Source of the DNA: Pelagomonas calceolata
Lineage: Eukaryota
Length of the DNA stretch: 64,000 nucleotides
Reading direction: 5' to 3'
NCBI GenBank assembly: GCA_918797485.1
Contig: CAKKNE010000005.1
Location: forward strand, 2,604,001 to 2,668,000
Shown piece by piece: positions 39,693 through 50,999 of this stretch (positions are counted from its first letter, which is position 1; each line of letters begins with the position of its first letter). The position numbers and the translations under genes are program-made. The notes beneath the pieces were generated by a model, which was not told where the DNA came from, made no database searches, and worked only from the letters and a program-made list of their open reading frames with translations.

Positions 39693-42600
39693 ATGGAGGC
39701 CGTCGCGGACTTCGAGCGCTGCGTCGCTCTGTTAAGAGGCGGCGACCCGGCCGGCGCCACTACAGCCTTATTAGGACTGCGGGACAACCCGCAGTGTGTT
39801 GATATTGCGCGAGCGGTCCTCGCGAGATCCACGGACGGCGACGCCCTCTTCCATGCCCTCGCCTTGTTCCGGGACGGCGCCTTGAAATCCTGGGACGCGC
39901 GGCCATCGAATGAGCGCGACGCGATGGCCGGCGCTGCTTTGGACTTCGCGCGGGGCGAGGCGGCGCGCAACGCCCCGCCCTACGTGACCGCCGCGGCGGC
40001 CGAGTGCTTCGCGACGCTCTGGGCGCGCGGTTATGTGGATGCATGTGCTGCGGACGCGCACGACGCCGCGGTCCGTAGAGGTAGAGACGCCGTGGTCGCC
40101 GTGGCGGCCGCGGGCGGCGCGGCGATCGTGGCCACGACTTTATCTTGTCTGCTGGCGGAGCTGTCGGGCGTTGGGAGGACGCACTTGGGGGTTGCGCGCG
40201 CGCGGCGGGCGGCGGCGCGGCACCGGTTCGGAGGAGGCGGCGCGGTCGCGTGCGGTGCGTAGGCGGCGTCCGAAACGTGACGCGTCGACGGCGTCACGGT
40301 GACTCACGCAGGCGCCGTCGCCTTCGGCCTCGTCTCGCAGGCCGCGCAGCACGCGAAGGCGACCCGTACAATTCCCCCGGAGGCGACGAACGCCGCCCTG
40401 CTCTGCGAGAGCGCCCTGTCCTGGGACGCGGGCGACGCGCCCGCGCACGCGCGCCAGAGCTATCCCGCCGTCTGGCGCGGCCGCCTCGACGCGTGTTTGG
40501 ACGACTGCGCCTCATTACGAGAGGTCTGTGCGCGGGACGACGCCTGTGCGAGGCCCGTCGTCGCTTCGGTTCGGTTGTTGGCGGCAGCGGCCGGCCCCGC
40601 GATTACATCTGATGAACCAGGGTATCGCGCCGCGGCGGCTCGGGCCGCAGCTCGATTGTTGCACGCCTCTATTACACAAGCGGGCCCGCCCGACGCTGAG
40701 GATGCCTCAGAAGCCTTCGCGGACGTCGGCCAAGCTTCTGATGTTGCGGCGGCGGCGGCGGCCGCGGCCGGCGGCTACGGCGCCTTGCGCGTCGACGCGG
40801 CGCGGCCTTTATTAGAGGCCGCCGCCTTGGCTGCGGACTGGGCGTCCAGAGCTTGCGTTGCTGCTGCTTCGAAAGCTACGAGAGAGACCCAACAGGCCTG
40901 TATGAACCGAGGCGACGCGACTCAAGCGTCCAAAGCCCAACAGGCCGCGGACGACGCCGACGCTTCCTTAGATGAAGGTTTAGCACCAGTATTGGAAGCC
41001 TGGGCCCACGCCTCGACGGACGCGTCGCTGGTCGACGCCGACGCGGCCGCGTGCCACGCGTCGACACCGTCCAACGGGTGGCTCCACGCCGCCGTTTCTG
41101 ATGTGGGCGCCGCGGTCTTTGCGAGGTACGCGTCGTGTCGCGTCGAGGCCGCGCGGGCGCAGGCCGCCTGCGCCCTGTTGACCGAGGCCGACGAGGACGC
41201 GTCCGCTGATGATGTGGAAGATACTGACAGGAGGGAACGGCTGCAGACGGCCTGCGCGGTCGGGAGACGGGGCGTCTCGGCCGCTTGTGGCTGGGTCGCT
41301 TCCGCCTTGCAAGATTGCGCGCCGAAGTTACTTGCGTTACAAAATGAAAATGATCCTGTTGTTGTCGATGCCACATTGGAAGAAGCTAGGGTACTCGTAG
41401 CCATCGCCGGGGCATTGGTGGCGGACGACGACGACGCCGGCGAGACGCCGGAAGTGCCGTTAGCTGTCTTGGCCGCGGCGCGCTTAGATCCACAGGCGGG
41501 CGCCGCCGTCGGTTCTGTGGTAGGTGCGTCTCTCCAATTGGTGGAGGCGACGCACGCGGCCTCTCCGGCACTCGCAACGACGCTAGCCTGGTTTTTAAGG
41601 AGGGTCGCGGCGGCCTACGCCGCGCCGGGCGTGTCAAATGCCTTCGCGGGCTGCCCGTCTCCGTCCCAACTGGCACGAGGGGCAGCTAGAGCCGCCGTCG
41701 CCTGGCTCGAGGCCTGGCCCTCCGAGCCCCAGACCGCGCGCGGGGCATGCCTACTCTTGGGATCGCTGGCTTCCGCGAGACGGGGCGCGTTGGCCGGAGA
41801 CGCGTGGGCCGAGGTCCAGCCCCTCGTGCAAGCGCACGCCCAGTCCCTGACGACGGGAGACGATTCCTTGACGAGAGCTGTCTCGAGATTGGCACCCGAA
41901 AGACGTACTGATCTAGCAACGGCCCTAGCTGATTGCGCTCTGGCCGTCGACGCGTCATCTTCATCAAATGCCTTCCAGTCCATCATCGCGCCCATCGAGA
42001 GTGTGGCCCAGCAAGCATGTACTCAACAAGCCGACTTGGAGCTCGTGCTGGCTTTATATAGGGGCGTCGCGACGGCCGCGGCGGCACAGGCATTGGACGG
42101 GCCGGGCGCGACCCTCGCGCGGCGGCGGCCCGCCGACGCCGTGGCACGCGCTTTAGGACCTTTGGTCGATGCCGTCTCCACATTGCAAGATGCGACGCTC
42201 TTCCAAAGATGCGCCTCATCTTGTTTGAGTGTGGCGAAGGACGCGGCCTCGGCGCAACTACCCTACGCGTCGCGACCGGCGAAGGCCCTGTTGCTCCAGG
42301 CGGCGCCGAAGTGCGTGGCATTATGCGCTCGGGGCGCTTTTGGAAGGGAGGACGAGGACGATCGCTTTTCTGATCTTGGTTCTGCTTTGGAGTTGGTGGA
42401 TCGACTCGTGTCCTACGATGTGTTGGTTGTGGACGAAGAGGAAGAGGAGAGCGAGTCGCCCGACGGCGTCGGTGCTGGCCTAGAATGTCTCAGTCTGATC
42501 GTGCCCAACTTGGACGAGGCGTTACTCGAAGGCCGGTCCGCGGCGGGCGCGCGCTTCTTTCGCGCGGTCGCGGCGGTCGTCGACGTGGCGCCCGATAGGT

Positions 42601-43106
42601 TATTAGAACGAAGGGACCTCGCGACGGGCATGGCCCAGGCTTTGCGATTTGGAGCCGCGCGCGCCGACGCGGACGCCGCGCGCGCCGCGCTGCACGCTAC
42701 AAGAGGATTAGCAGCGCGCGCGGCGGCGGATGCGAATTATCACGACGCGTCCGCCTGGCTCGCGGCGGCGGGCGGCGTGTTAAGGCCGTTATTGGAGCAC
42801 AGATCTGCAGTCTGGGATCGGGTGGACGACGCGGCCGACGCGGTCCTCGCGTGTCTGGCGGCGTCGGGCTGCGCTTCTCGCACAATATCCACGGAGGCGG
42901 CGCAGGCCGTCTCTAGATCAATTACGGAGAACGCGCCGGCGGATCTTATTTTCGACCTCGAGCAACTAGACTCGGCCGGCCGCGCGGCTTTGAGTAGCGC
43001 GCCGACGGTGCCTAGAGCTTTGAGACATCGAGACGCGCGGAAGCGGTTCCGCGACGCTTGTGGCGCGTTTCTGTCCCGGGCGAAGGGGTATTTGCATACG
43101 GAGTGA
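39693..43106 (+). CDS. Exportin-4-like importin-beta family protein; two exons 39693-40254 and 40312-43106
   Basis: HEAT-like helices; DDDAGETPEVP resembles the XPO4 motif; in-frame 57-nt GT-AG intron removes the stop at 40260-40262. Confidence 0.65.
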
Positions 43107-43244
43107 GGTCGTGGCGCCCCCGCGCACACGCCGTCGATTAATTGTTACGTTTTAGTCATCTACTTCGTCGTAGACGCCGTCGACGCAGGCGCCTGCACGA
43201 AGGAAGATAAGAACTAGGTATTACTCTTCAGTTTCGACTTGTAT

Positions 43245-44162
43245 CTACTTCTCCATGTGCGGCTGCCAGATGGCGTCGCCGAGCGCCATGCAGCCCGTCC
43301 CGATGACGAAGCGGATCTGCTGCGGGCGCAGCAGCGTCAGGAACGGCACGGCGAACCCGGCGATGAAATTTCCAATAACCGAGTGCGCCGTCAATAGCGC
43401 CGCGCTCCACAGGTAGTCGCCGTAGTTCGGGTCGCGGACGGCGCCGGCCATGCCCCGTTCGTCCTTGGGGACGGGCGGCTGCCCCCGTTGCGCCAAGTGC
43501 GACACGAGGATGAGGGGCGCGCCGAACTTGATGTATGTCAGCGCTCCCGGGAAGAAGGTCGCCGCCGCCGCGAAGCCGCACCAATACAACCCCGCGGTCT
43601 TCGTGTGGGCGCGCTGCAGCTCCCTATCTTTCCGGTTCGAGTACAATTCATCAATCTTCCAGAACGGCTTGTACATGTAGGGGATCTTCCGGATCCATTT
43701 GGGGGTGTTCTTGGCGATGGCGCGGTTCATGGCCTGCGACTCGAAGTCGCCGATGGTTTTATCTCTAGCGGCCACTTCGGCAGTCACCCCAAAAGTGCCG
43801 CTCACACGTTGTCTGAGTCGCAGCTCGGCGATCTTGTCCTTGGCCACGTCGATCTTGAGGAGGCGCTTCGTGTCGCCCGCATATTTTTCTTTGAGGGCCT
43901 TGACGGCCTGCTGGACTTCGTCGTACTCGGCGTTCGGCGGCACGCCGAGCAGCCGGAAGTTCTCGGCGCCCTCGACCACCGTCACGGGCGGCGGCGGCGG
44001 CGGCGGCACGAAGATGTTGCCGATGGTGTCCTTGAGGCCCATCGTCGGCGTGGCCTTTAGCGTCGGCCGTCGCGGTTTGGACGCGAGCGGTCGCGGCGCG
44101 ACTAGCGCGGAGGCGCTCGCGAGGAGCGCGACGGCGCCGTGCCTCCTGAAGGTCGGCGCCAT
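43245..44162 (-). CDS. Plastid-targeted CPP1-like (J-like domain plus TM; chaperone-like protein of POR)
   Basis: FRLLGVPPNAEYDEVQQAV..LKEKY.GD....IDVAKDKI...RLRQR.SG; signal peptide ending ASA-L; C-terminal TMs. Confidence 0.7.
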   Translation of the reverse strand: MAPTFRRHGAVALLASASALVAPRPLASKPRRPTLKATPTMGLKDTIGNIFVPPPPPPPVTVVEGAENFRLLGVPPNAEYDEVQQAVKALKEKYAGDTKRLLKIDVAKDKIAELRLRQRVSGTFGVTAEVAARDKTIGDFESQAMNRAIAKNTPKWIRKIPYMYKPFWKIDELYSNRKDRELQRAHTKTAGLYWCGFAAAATFFPGALTYIKFGAPLILVSHLAQRGQPPVPKDERGMAGAVRDPNYGDYLWSAALLTAHSVIGNFIAGFAVPFLTLLRPQQIRFVIGTGCMALGDAIWQPHMEK

Positions 44163-44729
44163 CGTTGCTGTGCGCGCTCGGCTAGCGCTGGGGCTGGCTA
44201 GATATTGGATAAGTGCAAAGGGCTACACTGTCGGAGCCGTTCCCTTGCACAGCGATCAATGGCACCAAGAGGTAATTCAGGTAGCAAGCTAATGAACTCT
44301 AAGCTCCACCGGGACCTCGTTGAACCAGCGCGCTTGGCTCCTCGACGACAGCAATCGCTGCGTGCGGGTTCGGCGCGCCAAACAAACAAGGTCGCTGGGC
44401 TGGACAAACGGAGCCTTGCATGGCCTGCTTGAGCCCTTGTCCGTCGGAGAGTGCAGATGTCTGGTTGGAGCAGGCTGTGGCTGTCTTGACAGGTCATCGT
44501 GCGCGTGTGCGACGCGAGTGCAGTTAAAGCAATCAAATCGTCGCGGTAGCATCGCTAATCCGATAGTGCTATCGACAAATTGCAACAGCTGAAGCGCGCA
44601 CGACCTCTGGTGCGCCACACGACCGGGACTTGGCAGCCAGACCCACCTCACGTGCGCGCGGTGCCGCTGCGGCGTTTCGAGGACGCAACAAGGCCTCGGG
44701 CTACTGCCAGTAGTTTGTGATTGTCGCCG

Positions 44730-46022
44730 ATGATCCGCCCCCCACTCCTGCACCTCGCGCGATGCGCGGTGGCCGCCGCCATCGTCATCAACCCGCCGGC
44801 GCGGACCGAGCGCAAATTAATCAATGTCGAGACGCGCAACACGGCGGAATCATTCGCGCGCCGCGACGCGGGCGTCTACGCCGGCGACGCGGCCGTTGCG
44901 CGCTTCGTGGCACGAACCCCAGGCCTGCGGAGCTGGGCGGGCTGGTTTAAATCCCCAGCATACCTCAAGAACGGCCACGCACATACCATTTTTGCGGCTA
45001 AGTTCCGCTGGACCGCCTCTGTCGTTTACCGGCGCCACCTCCTGACCACGCCGGACGGCGGCTCGCTCGCGCTGGATATCGTCGACAAAGTAAGCGACGA
45101 GACGAGCAAGGATTCGACAGGAGCGACGTACGTCGACGGCGCCGTCGAGGAAGATGCGAGCCCGTTTCTACTCCTCCTGAGCGGCTTGGGCGGCGGGTCG
45201 CAGGACACGTACGTGCGGGCCCAGGCCGCCGCGGCTGTAAATAGAGGCTGGAAAGTTGGCGTCCTGAACATGAGAAGCTGTGGAGGGTCGCCGGTCACGT
45301 CGCCGCGCTTCTTCTCCGCGCGACATGGTTCCGTCGAGGACGTGCGAACCGCGACGGCGTGGATCCGCGCTCACATACGACCGCAAGCACTGGCGGCGAT
45401 CGGCTGGTCCAACAGCGGCACGATCGTCTGCAACGCTCTCTCCGAGCCAGACTCATTGATCGACGCGGCGTGCTGTTTAGCTGCACCTTTAGATATGCCT
45501 TCGTCGTCCGCCAATTTCGAGCGCCCGTTCCACCGGAACGTCTACGACCGCGCCATCGGCGGTTCGCTGGCCGAGAAGTTCCGGACGGCCCAGCATTTGT
45601 TTGTGGGTGCCGCCGGCCCGAAGCCAGTCCCGGCCTACTTTGGCGGTGAGTTTATTGCTGATGTCGAGAAGGCTTCTACCGCTTGTACGATTAGAGCCGT
45701 CGACGAGGCGCTGACGGCGCCCTGCTTCGGCTTTCCTTCTGTGGACGCTTATTATAAGGACGCGTCGGCCGACCAGCGTATCAAAGATATCGGCGTGCCT
45801 CTGTTAGTGCTGAACGCGGCGGACGACCCCATCGCGCAGTACAATAATAAACCAGGAGTCTTCGACGCGGAGACGCTGGCCGCGAACCCGAATCTGGTCG
45901 TGGCCGTGACGGCGACGGGGGGACACCTCGGCTGGTGCGACGCGGCGGACCCCTGCGGCCCGCCGGGCTGGGCGCAGGGCGTGGCTTTGGATTTTCTGGA
46001 GGCGGCGCGGGAGACGGCGTAA
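44730..46022 (+). CDS. YheT/ABHD1-3-like alpha/beta hydrolase
   Basis: NGHAHTIF, DGG.LALD, GLGGGSQDTYVR, GWSNSG nucleophile elbow, NAADDPI, GGHLGW. Confidence 0.85.
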   Translation: MIRPPLLHLARCAVAAAIVINPPARTERKLINVETRNTAESFARRDAGVYAGDAAVARFVARTPGLRSWAGWFKSPAYLKNGHAHTIFAAKFRWTASVVYRRHLLTTPDGGSLALDIVDKVSDETSKDSTGATYVDGAVEEDASPFLLLLSGLGGGSQDTYVRAQAAAAVNRGWKVGVLNMRSCGGSPVTSPRFFSARHGSVEDVRTATAWIRAHIRPQALAAIGWSNSGTIVCNALSEPDSLIDAACCLAAPLDMPSSSANFERPFHRNVYDRAIGGSLAEKFRTAQHLFVGAAGPKPVPAYFGGEFIADVEKASTACTIRAVDEALTAPCFGFPSVDAYYKDASADQRIKDIGVPLLVLNAADDPIAQYNNKPGVFDAETLAANPNLVVAVTATGGHLGWCDAADPCGPPGWAQGVALDFLEAARETA

Positions 46023-46117
46023 GGTTGTATTGTTTGTTACTTTCTCGTTTAATGGCATATCTGCCGCTGCGCACGGGTCGCGCCCCCCACAGGCGGATGT
46101 TGTTTGTATCCTTATAA

Positions 46118-46490
46118 TTACGCACTCGCCGATGGCGTCTCGCGGGCGGCGAGCGCGGCTCGCGCCTCTCGCAGGCGGAACTCGACCACCTCTGTGAGCG
46201 GGTGCGACCCTCCAAGCACGCGCCGCGCGGTCCGTGCCGTCTCCTCGAGCGTCGTCACGGCCTCGCGGAGGTCGTCGAGCGTGGCGCCGGGGTCCCTGTA
46301 GAGCGCCAACGCGTAAAGAAACCGCGACCTGAGCGTGACATCAGAACTCTCTCCGAGAATGCGTTGTGCCACGGGCATAATTTTTAGAAAAAGTGCTTTG
46401 GCTTCTTTGAAGCGCCGCAGATGATTAAGTGACGACGCGTAGTTGCCGGCTGCTATGAGAGTTGCTTCATTTTCTTCGCCATGGAGCTTG
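46118..46490 (-). pseudogene. 5'-truncated fragment of a TPR-like family C-terminus
   Basis: KLHGEENEATLIAAGNYASSL...RRVLGGSHPLT...LREARAALAARE; upstream in-frame stop near 46530 with unrelated sequence. Confidence 0.6.
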
Positions 46491-46695
46491 GCGCTACTGG
46501 TATTGGTGGTGGTGCTGGCGGCGCCGTGTCAGCGTAGGGCTCTCGGCGACGCGGTGCTCCTGCCCGACGAGGAGGAAATGTAAATATTGCACATAACGCT
46601 ACCCGGGCCAAAACGACCTCAAAATAAGAAAGGTTACGCCACGCTCACGTCAGGGACGGGGGGCGGGGGAGCTTAAGTCTTGGAGTGCCGCGCGA

Positions 46696-47589
46696 TCACT
46701 CGGCGGCCGACGCGTCCTGGGCCAGCGCGGCCTTGCGCGCCTTGGCCGCCTGGAGCTTCTCCTCCGTCGCGGCCTTGCCCTGAACAACGCGCAGCGCGGC
46801 GGCGCGGCGCTCCGCCGCGGCGGCCATCTTCTCGCGCAGCTCGACCTTCGCGCGCTCGACGAGCGCCTCGCGCTTCTGCTCCGCGCGCGCGACCTTCGCC
46901 GACGCGACGTGCGCCTTGGCGACGCGCTGCTCGATTTCATGATCGTGGCGCGCGCCGGCGTCGGCGAGCGTCGCGTCGTGGGCGGCCTTGAGGGCCTCGG
47001 GCGCCGGCTTCGGCGCCTTGGACGGCGAGGCCATGTCCGACGCTTTCGTGACGCGCTCGTCGAGGAAGAGCTGGCGGCGCGCCGACGCGGCGTCGAGCTT
47101 CTCCTGGAGGCAGGGCGCCTTGGGCTTGGGCGGCGTCTTGGGCGGCGACGTGGAGGTGGCCTTCTCGACCTTCTCCGCTAAACAGGCGCGGCGGCGCTGG
47201 TCCGCGGCCTCGAGCTTGGCCTGGAGCTCGGCGGCGAGCTTGGCCGCGTCGACGGCGACGGGCTTGCGGGGCGCGGCCATGGCCTTGGCCTTGTACTTGA
47301 TGGACTCCAACTCCACGTCGCGGCGGACCTCGGCCGACTGGAGCCGGTCGAGGAGCTTCTGGAGGAGCGCGGCGGCCGGCGGCGCCGGCGGCTCGTGCTT
47401 GAGCGTGCGCATGGCCTCGGCCTTGCTGATCTTGCGCGCGAGGATGGCGTCGCGGGCCTTGTTGGCCGCCTCCACGCGCAGCTCCCACGCTGTGGGCTTG
47501 GTGGGGGGCTGGCGGAACTTGTGGGCCGGCGGCAGCGCGTCGGCGCGGTCGGTCAGGTCGATTAGAACGGGCGCGGCGATAGCGGCCAT
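46696..47589 (-). CDS. Coiled-coil protein with L(Q)xKLxAAxxRR repeats
   Basis: 297 aa, strong GC3 bias, repeated charged motifs. Confidence 0.7.
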   Translation of the reverse strand: MAAIAAPVLIDLTDRADALPPAHKFRQPPTKPTAWELRVEAANKARDAILARKISKAEAMRTLKHEPPAPPAAALLQKLLDRLQSAEVRRDVELESIKYKAKAMAAPRKPVAVDAAKLAAELQAKLEAADQRRRACLAEKVEKATSTSPPKTPPKPKAPCLQEKLDAASARRQLFLDERVTKASDMASPSKAPKPAPEALKAAHDATLADAGARHDHEIEQRVAKAHVASAKVARAEQKREALVERAKVELREKMAAAAERRAAALRVVQGKAATEEKLQAAKARKAALAQDASAAE

Positions 47590-47803
47590 GGTGCTTGTTG
47601 TGTTGGTGCTTGTTGTGCGGCTGCGCTTGCTTGTGCGACGACGGGAGGTCGACGGCGGGAAATTTCTGAGATGACCTCGGCCAGTTAAACTACTGAGAGC
47701 CTAGTAGCTTAAACAGTCGGCGATCGAGGAATATGCATCCCAAAGGGCTGCCCATCGAGCATGGGCTGCCACTGCAATGGTGCGAGGTCTCCAAAATGTG
47801 TTC

Positions 47804-47827
47804 CTAGTGTCTATACACGACGCTAGC
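47804..47827. promoter_or_regulatory. CTAG-bounded intergenic motif
   Basis: CTAGTGTCTATACACGACGCTAGC. Confidence 0.7.
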
Positions 47828-48054
47828 TAGCTCGGCGGCGCGGCCCTCGAGCTTGGGACGCTTTGGTGCGCTTGCAGGCGTGTCAGGGCGCTTCCGTACA
47901 TCACATCGATCGTGCAAGCGGCCAGCATTAAAAGCCGTGCACGTATCAGGCTCCAAAGCCCTTTTACAGCCTCTCCTCTCACAACCTCTCACAGCCTCTC
48001 ACAGCGAGCTGCACCCTGCCCGCTGCACAGAAATCACTGCTCGGTTGCAAAATA

Positions 48055-48846
48055 ATGTCAGCGGTCCTAGACGAGGAAGAAGAAACCGAGGAGCAGCGCT
48101 ACCAGCGCTTCTTCGGTCCGGCCGAGAGCAGCACGGAAGACGACGAGAGTAGTGACGAGGAGGAAGCGCCACCGGCGCCACGGCTCGCCATCGAGAGCGA
48201 GGCGTCGGCGCTGCTCGCGAAGCTCATCGGAGAGGTCCTCGCCGAGGCGAAGACGCGCCCGGAGCGCGAGACTGCCCGATTAGCCTGCGCCGCCGCTGGC
48301 TCCTTTTTAGCCCAAATCCCGGGCGCCGCCGGCGCGTTCGAGGGCGAGGCCTCGCGCGAGGACGTGCTGGCCGAGGGCCCGAGCGCGACGCTGTGCGTCG
48401 CGCGGGGCGCGCGCTTCACGGCGCTCGACGACTTGAATGACGCGCCGCCGCCGCCGGTCGACGCGGGCGCGACGTGGGCGTGCCTCGTCGGCCGGCCGTG
48501 GCCCGCGAGCGAGCGGCCCGCGCGCGCGCGGCGCTACGTGCTGGCCGTGCGCCGCGGCGTCGTCGTCCGCGCGACGCAGACGAGCTCCGGCGCGCTCGCG
48601 AGACCGGACGCCAGCCGGCACTTATTGGCGCTCTGCCGCTGCGTCGACGCGCTGGGCCGCTGCGGCGTCGACACGAGCGCGGCGCGGGTCCACGCCTGGG
48701 TCGACGACGCCATGTCGGGCACGCGGGAGGCGCCGGTCGCGCACCTCGTCGCCGTCGAGCCGCTCGGTCACGCCGACGACGACGCCCTCGCGGCGGCGCT
48801 GGGAGCCGGCCCCGAGCTCGTCTACCGCGCCGTCGAGGCGGAGTAA
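48055..48846 (+). CDS. Hypothetical protein
   Basis: 263 aa ORF from ATG, acidic N-terminus, divergent from the previous gene. Confidence 0.6.
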   Translation: MSAVLDEEEETEEQRYQRFFGPAESSTEDDESSDEEEAPPAPRLAIESEASALLAKLIGEVLAEAKTRPERETARLACAAAGSFLAQIPGAAGAFEGEASREDVLAEGPSATLCVARGARFTALDDLNDAPPPPVDAGATWACLVGRPWPASERPARARRYVLAVRRGVVVRATQTSSGALARPDASRHLLALCRCVDALGRCGVDTSAARVHAWVDDAMSGTREAPVAHLVAVEPLGHADDDALAAALGAGPELVYRAVEAE

Positions 48847-48875
48847 AAGATGTTGTGTCACAGGATATACACAGC

Positions 48876-49781
48876 TTAGACGAGGGAGTTGACGCGGTGC
48901 GTCGCGAGCTCGGCCTTCTTCAGGGAGTGGCTCACGATGCAGTGCCGGCAGGACACGGGGTCGCCGTACTTGATGCAGCGCAGCTCCTCCTCGGCGACGA
49001 ACCAGTTGTCGAGGCAGAACCAGAACGTGACAAAACAATTCGCGGCGCCGAACGTGAACTCGACGGCGTGCGCGTACTGCTCGCCGTATTTCAAGGGAGA
49101 GTTGTAGACGGCGAGCTGGAAGAGCGGCGCGCATATGGCTACCATCGAGGCGACGAGGACGCCCTTTTCTCCCCTTCCTCGCGCGAGCGACCGCAGGAAG
49201 ATGATATTCACTAGGGCTAAAGTGAGCTCGTTGGAGAACTCGATTTCATGAGCTGGGACTTCAAAGACGTCCAAATTGAACGTCACTAAAATAGCGGCGA
49301 TGAACGTCGACATGATGTCGAACATCAAAACTGTCCGTAACAAACCAGGCCTCTTGCTCACTGTAGCTAATGCGCGAGGCGTGAAGATCAACGACGTCGC
49401 CTCGATGCACGCAAATAAGAACCCGGCCCAGAACTCGTAGATGTGGAACTGGAGCGGTGACACGGGCGACCCGCAGCGCGCGTACTTGATGCCTTCCGGG
49501 TCGCCGCACGCGTCGTCGTTGCGGTCCATCGCGTTGAACGTGAACAACACGACGTTCGTCGCGAGATATAAAAGCGTCCCGACGGCCAGCCCGAAGTTGA
49601 CCCGGCCAAGGTGCTGCAGTTCGTTCATCCGGTACAAGAGCAATACGTTCGACGACGTGTTGATCGGATTTTTGCTGCTCGACGTGCGCAGGAGGTCCAT
49701 GCTGTGCGCTCCCGTCGGCGTCGGCGGCTTCGTCGTCGCGCCGTAGGACGACCCGTTGGTGAGCGGTTGCTTCTCGGCCAT
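48876..49781 (-). CDS. Multi-pass membrane protein with three HxxEF motifs
   Basis: About 6 hydrophobic segments; FHIYEFW, AHEIEFS, AHAVEFT; likely ATG at 49781. Confidence 0.7.
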   Translation of the reverse strand: MAEKQPLTNGSSYGATTKPPTPTGAHSMDLLRTSSSKNPINTSSNVLLLYRMNELQHLGRVNFGLAVGTLLYLATNVVLFTFNAMDRNDDACGDPEGIKYARCGSPVSPLQFHIYEFWAGFLFACIEATSLIFTPRALATVSKRPGLLRTVLMFDIMSTFIAAILVTFNLDVFEVPAHEIEFSNELTLALVNIIFLRSLARGRGEKGVLVASMVAICAPLFQLAVYNSPLKYGEQYAHAVEFTFGAANCFVTFWFCLDNWFVAEEELRCIKYGDPVSCRHCIVSHSLKKAELATHRVNSLV

Positions 49782-50087
49782 GGTTGCGTGACGAGACGAC
49801 CTTGCCAAAGAGTCGCGCGCTTCGGCCACCGCTTTTTCAGCGCTTACAGTAGTGTAAAATCTTCGCTGCTGAGGCGTTGTTGAGCTGCCAAACGGATCAA
49901 TGCGACCGTATGGAGTATTCGTATAGTAAGCTCTCCCAGCCACTGCTTGAAATCTGAGCGCCAATGAATGCTGGAGGCGGTAGAGTTTGTCTGGCGGCAG
50001 GCAGATGAATCTATTCCGAAGCTCCGGTGCGCAGCGGATTGGCAAGGCACTCTCAGTCCAGCAGGGACCCGAGTCGAGCGCGCGAGG

Positions 50088-50110
50088 GCTAGCGTCGTGT
50101 AACACACTAG
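50088..50110. promoter_or_regulatory. CTAG-bounded intergenic motif (reverse)
   Basis: GCTAGCGTCGTGTAACACACTAG. Confidence 0.7.
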
Positions 50111-50312
50111 CAAGCAAAAATTGTCAACCCGCGCGGAGAACGCATACGCTGGCGAGCAAGCGCAAAAATAGCTGGTAATCCTAAGTTGCGGCGGCTCGCG
50201 GCGGCTTGCGACGAAACCTCCACCTCTCCCTCTCCCTCTCCTCTTGTATTTTTCCACAAATCCTCCTCGGGATCGCCCTAGCCTCGCGACGGGAGTTAGA
50301 AACGACGAGACC

Positions 50313-50978
50313 ATGCCTGCCTTTGAGCTGAAGCCGATGGGTTCGACGAACGACAAACGCGTGGGCCATGGTGCGATTTTCATGAAAGGCGGAGGCGCGA
50401 TCGCATCCACGATCCCGCGGCCGGAGGAGATCGTCTGGACTTGCCAGCGCGCGCCGCTCCCGCCACAACTCGCGGGCCGCGTGCCCGACGCCATATGGAC
50501 GGCCACCTTCGACGCCGTCGCGCAGCGAGTCGCCGAGGATAACGAGATGCGGCGTCGGGCCCTCAACACGTTGGGCGGGCCGATGATTCCATGCTGCGTT
50601 TGCTGCCGCGTGTGCACGGCCTTTGCGTCAGTTGGAAAGATCCAGGAGGAGCAACAGCGGGCCGACCAAGCGTGGCTGGCGCTCGTCCAGGGCGAGCAGG
50701 CGAAATACGCGCCCTACGGTGTCCACGTCGCTCTGGCGACCGAGACGCGCGTGAGCGGTGGCGATGACACCAGGGTCAGGACGCGCGAGGTCAACGTGGG
50801 CCTCAAGTTCGAGACCTCCGATCCGGTCGACGGCGTGGTCGTGGAGGCACCGGCACTGCAGCAGCCGATCGAGCGCGCGGGCATCGCGTCCGAGCTCGAG
50901 GCCCTGGTCGCGCTGCACCAGAAGGGCGCGCTGACCGACAGCGAGTTCGCCGCGGCCAAGGCCAAGCTCCTGGGGTAG
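50313..50978 (+). CDS. Cys-cluster protein with C-terminal SHOCT domain
   Basis: IPCCVCCRVC; ELEALVALHQKGALTDSEFAAAKAKLLG. Confidence 0.75.
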   Translation: MPAFELKPMGSTNDKRVGHGAIFMKGGGAIASTIPRPEEIVWTCQRAPLPPQLAGRVPDAIWTATFDAVAQRVAEDNEMRRRALNTLGGPMIPCCVCCRVCTAFASVGKIQEEQQRADQAWLALVQGEQAKYAPYGVHVALATETRVSGGDDTRVRTREVNVGLKFETSDPVDGVVVEAPALQQPIERAGIASELEALVALHQKGALTDSEFAAAKAKLLG

Positions 50979-50999
50979 TCAACTAAACCACAATAATTA

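Noticed and set aside
43103..43200. Possible extra terminal intron of the exportin-4-like gene
   Set aside because: The ORF already ends plausibly at 43106; splice sites are ambiguous without RNA data
44181..44201. GCTAGC...CTAG upstream of the CPP1-like gene as a motif copy
   Set aside because: Lacks the TGTCTTAC core; likewise 63437-63458 is too degenerate to count
47966..48006. CCTCTCACAG-like short tandem repeats
   Set aside because: Short slippage repeat with no further structure
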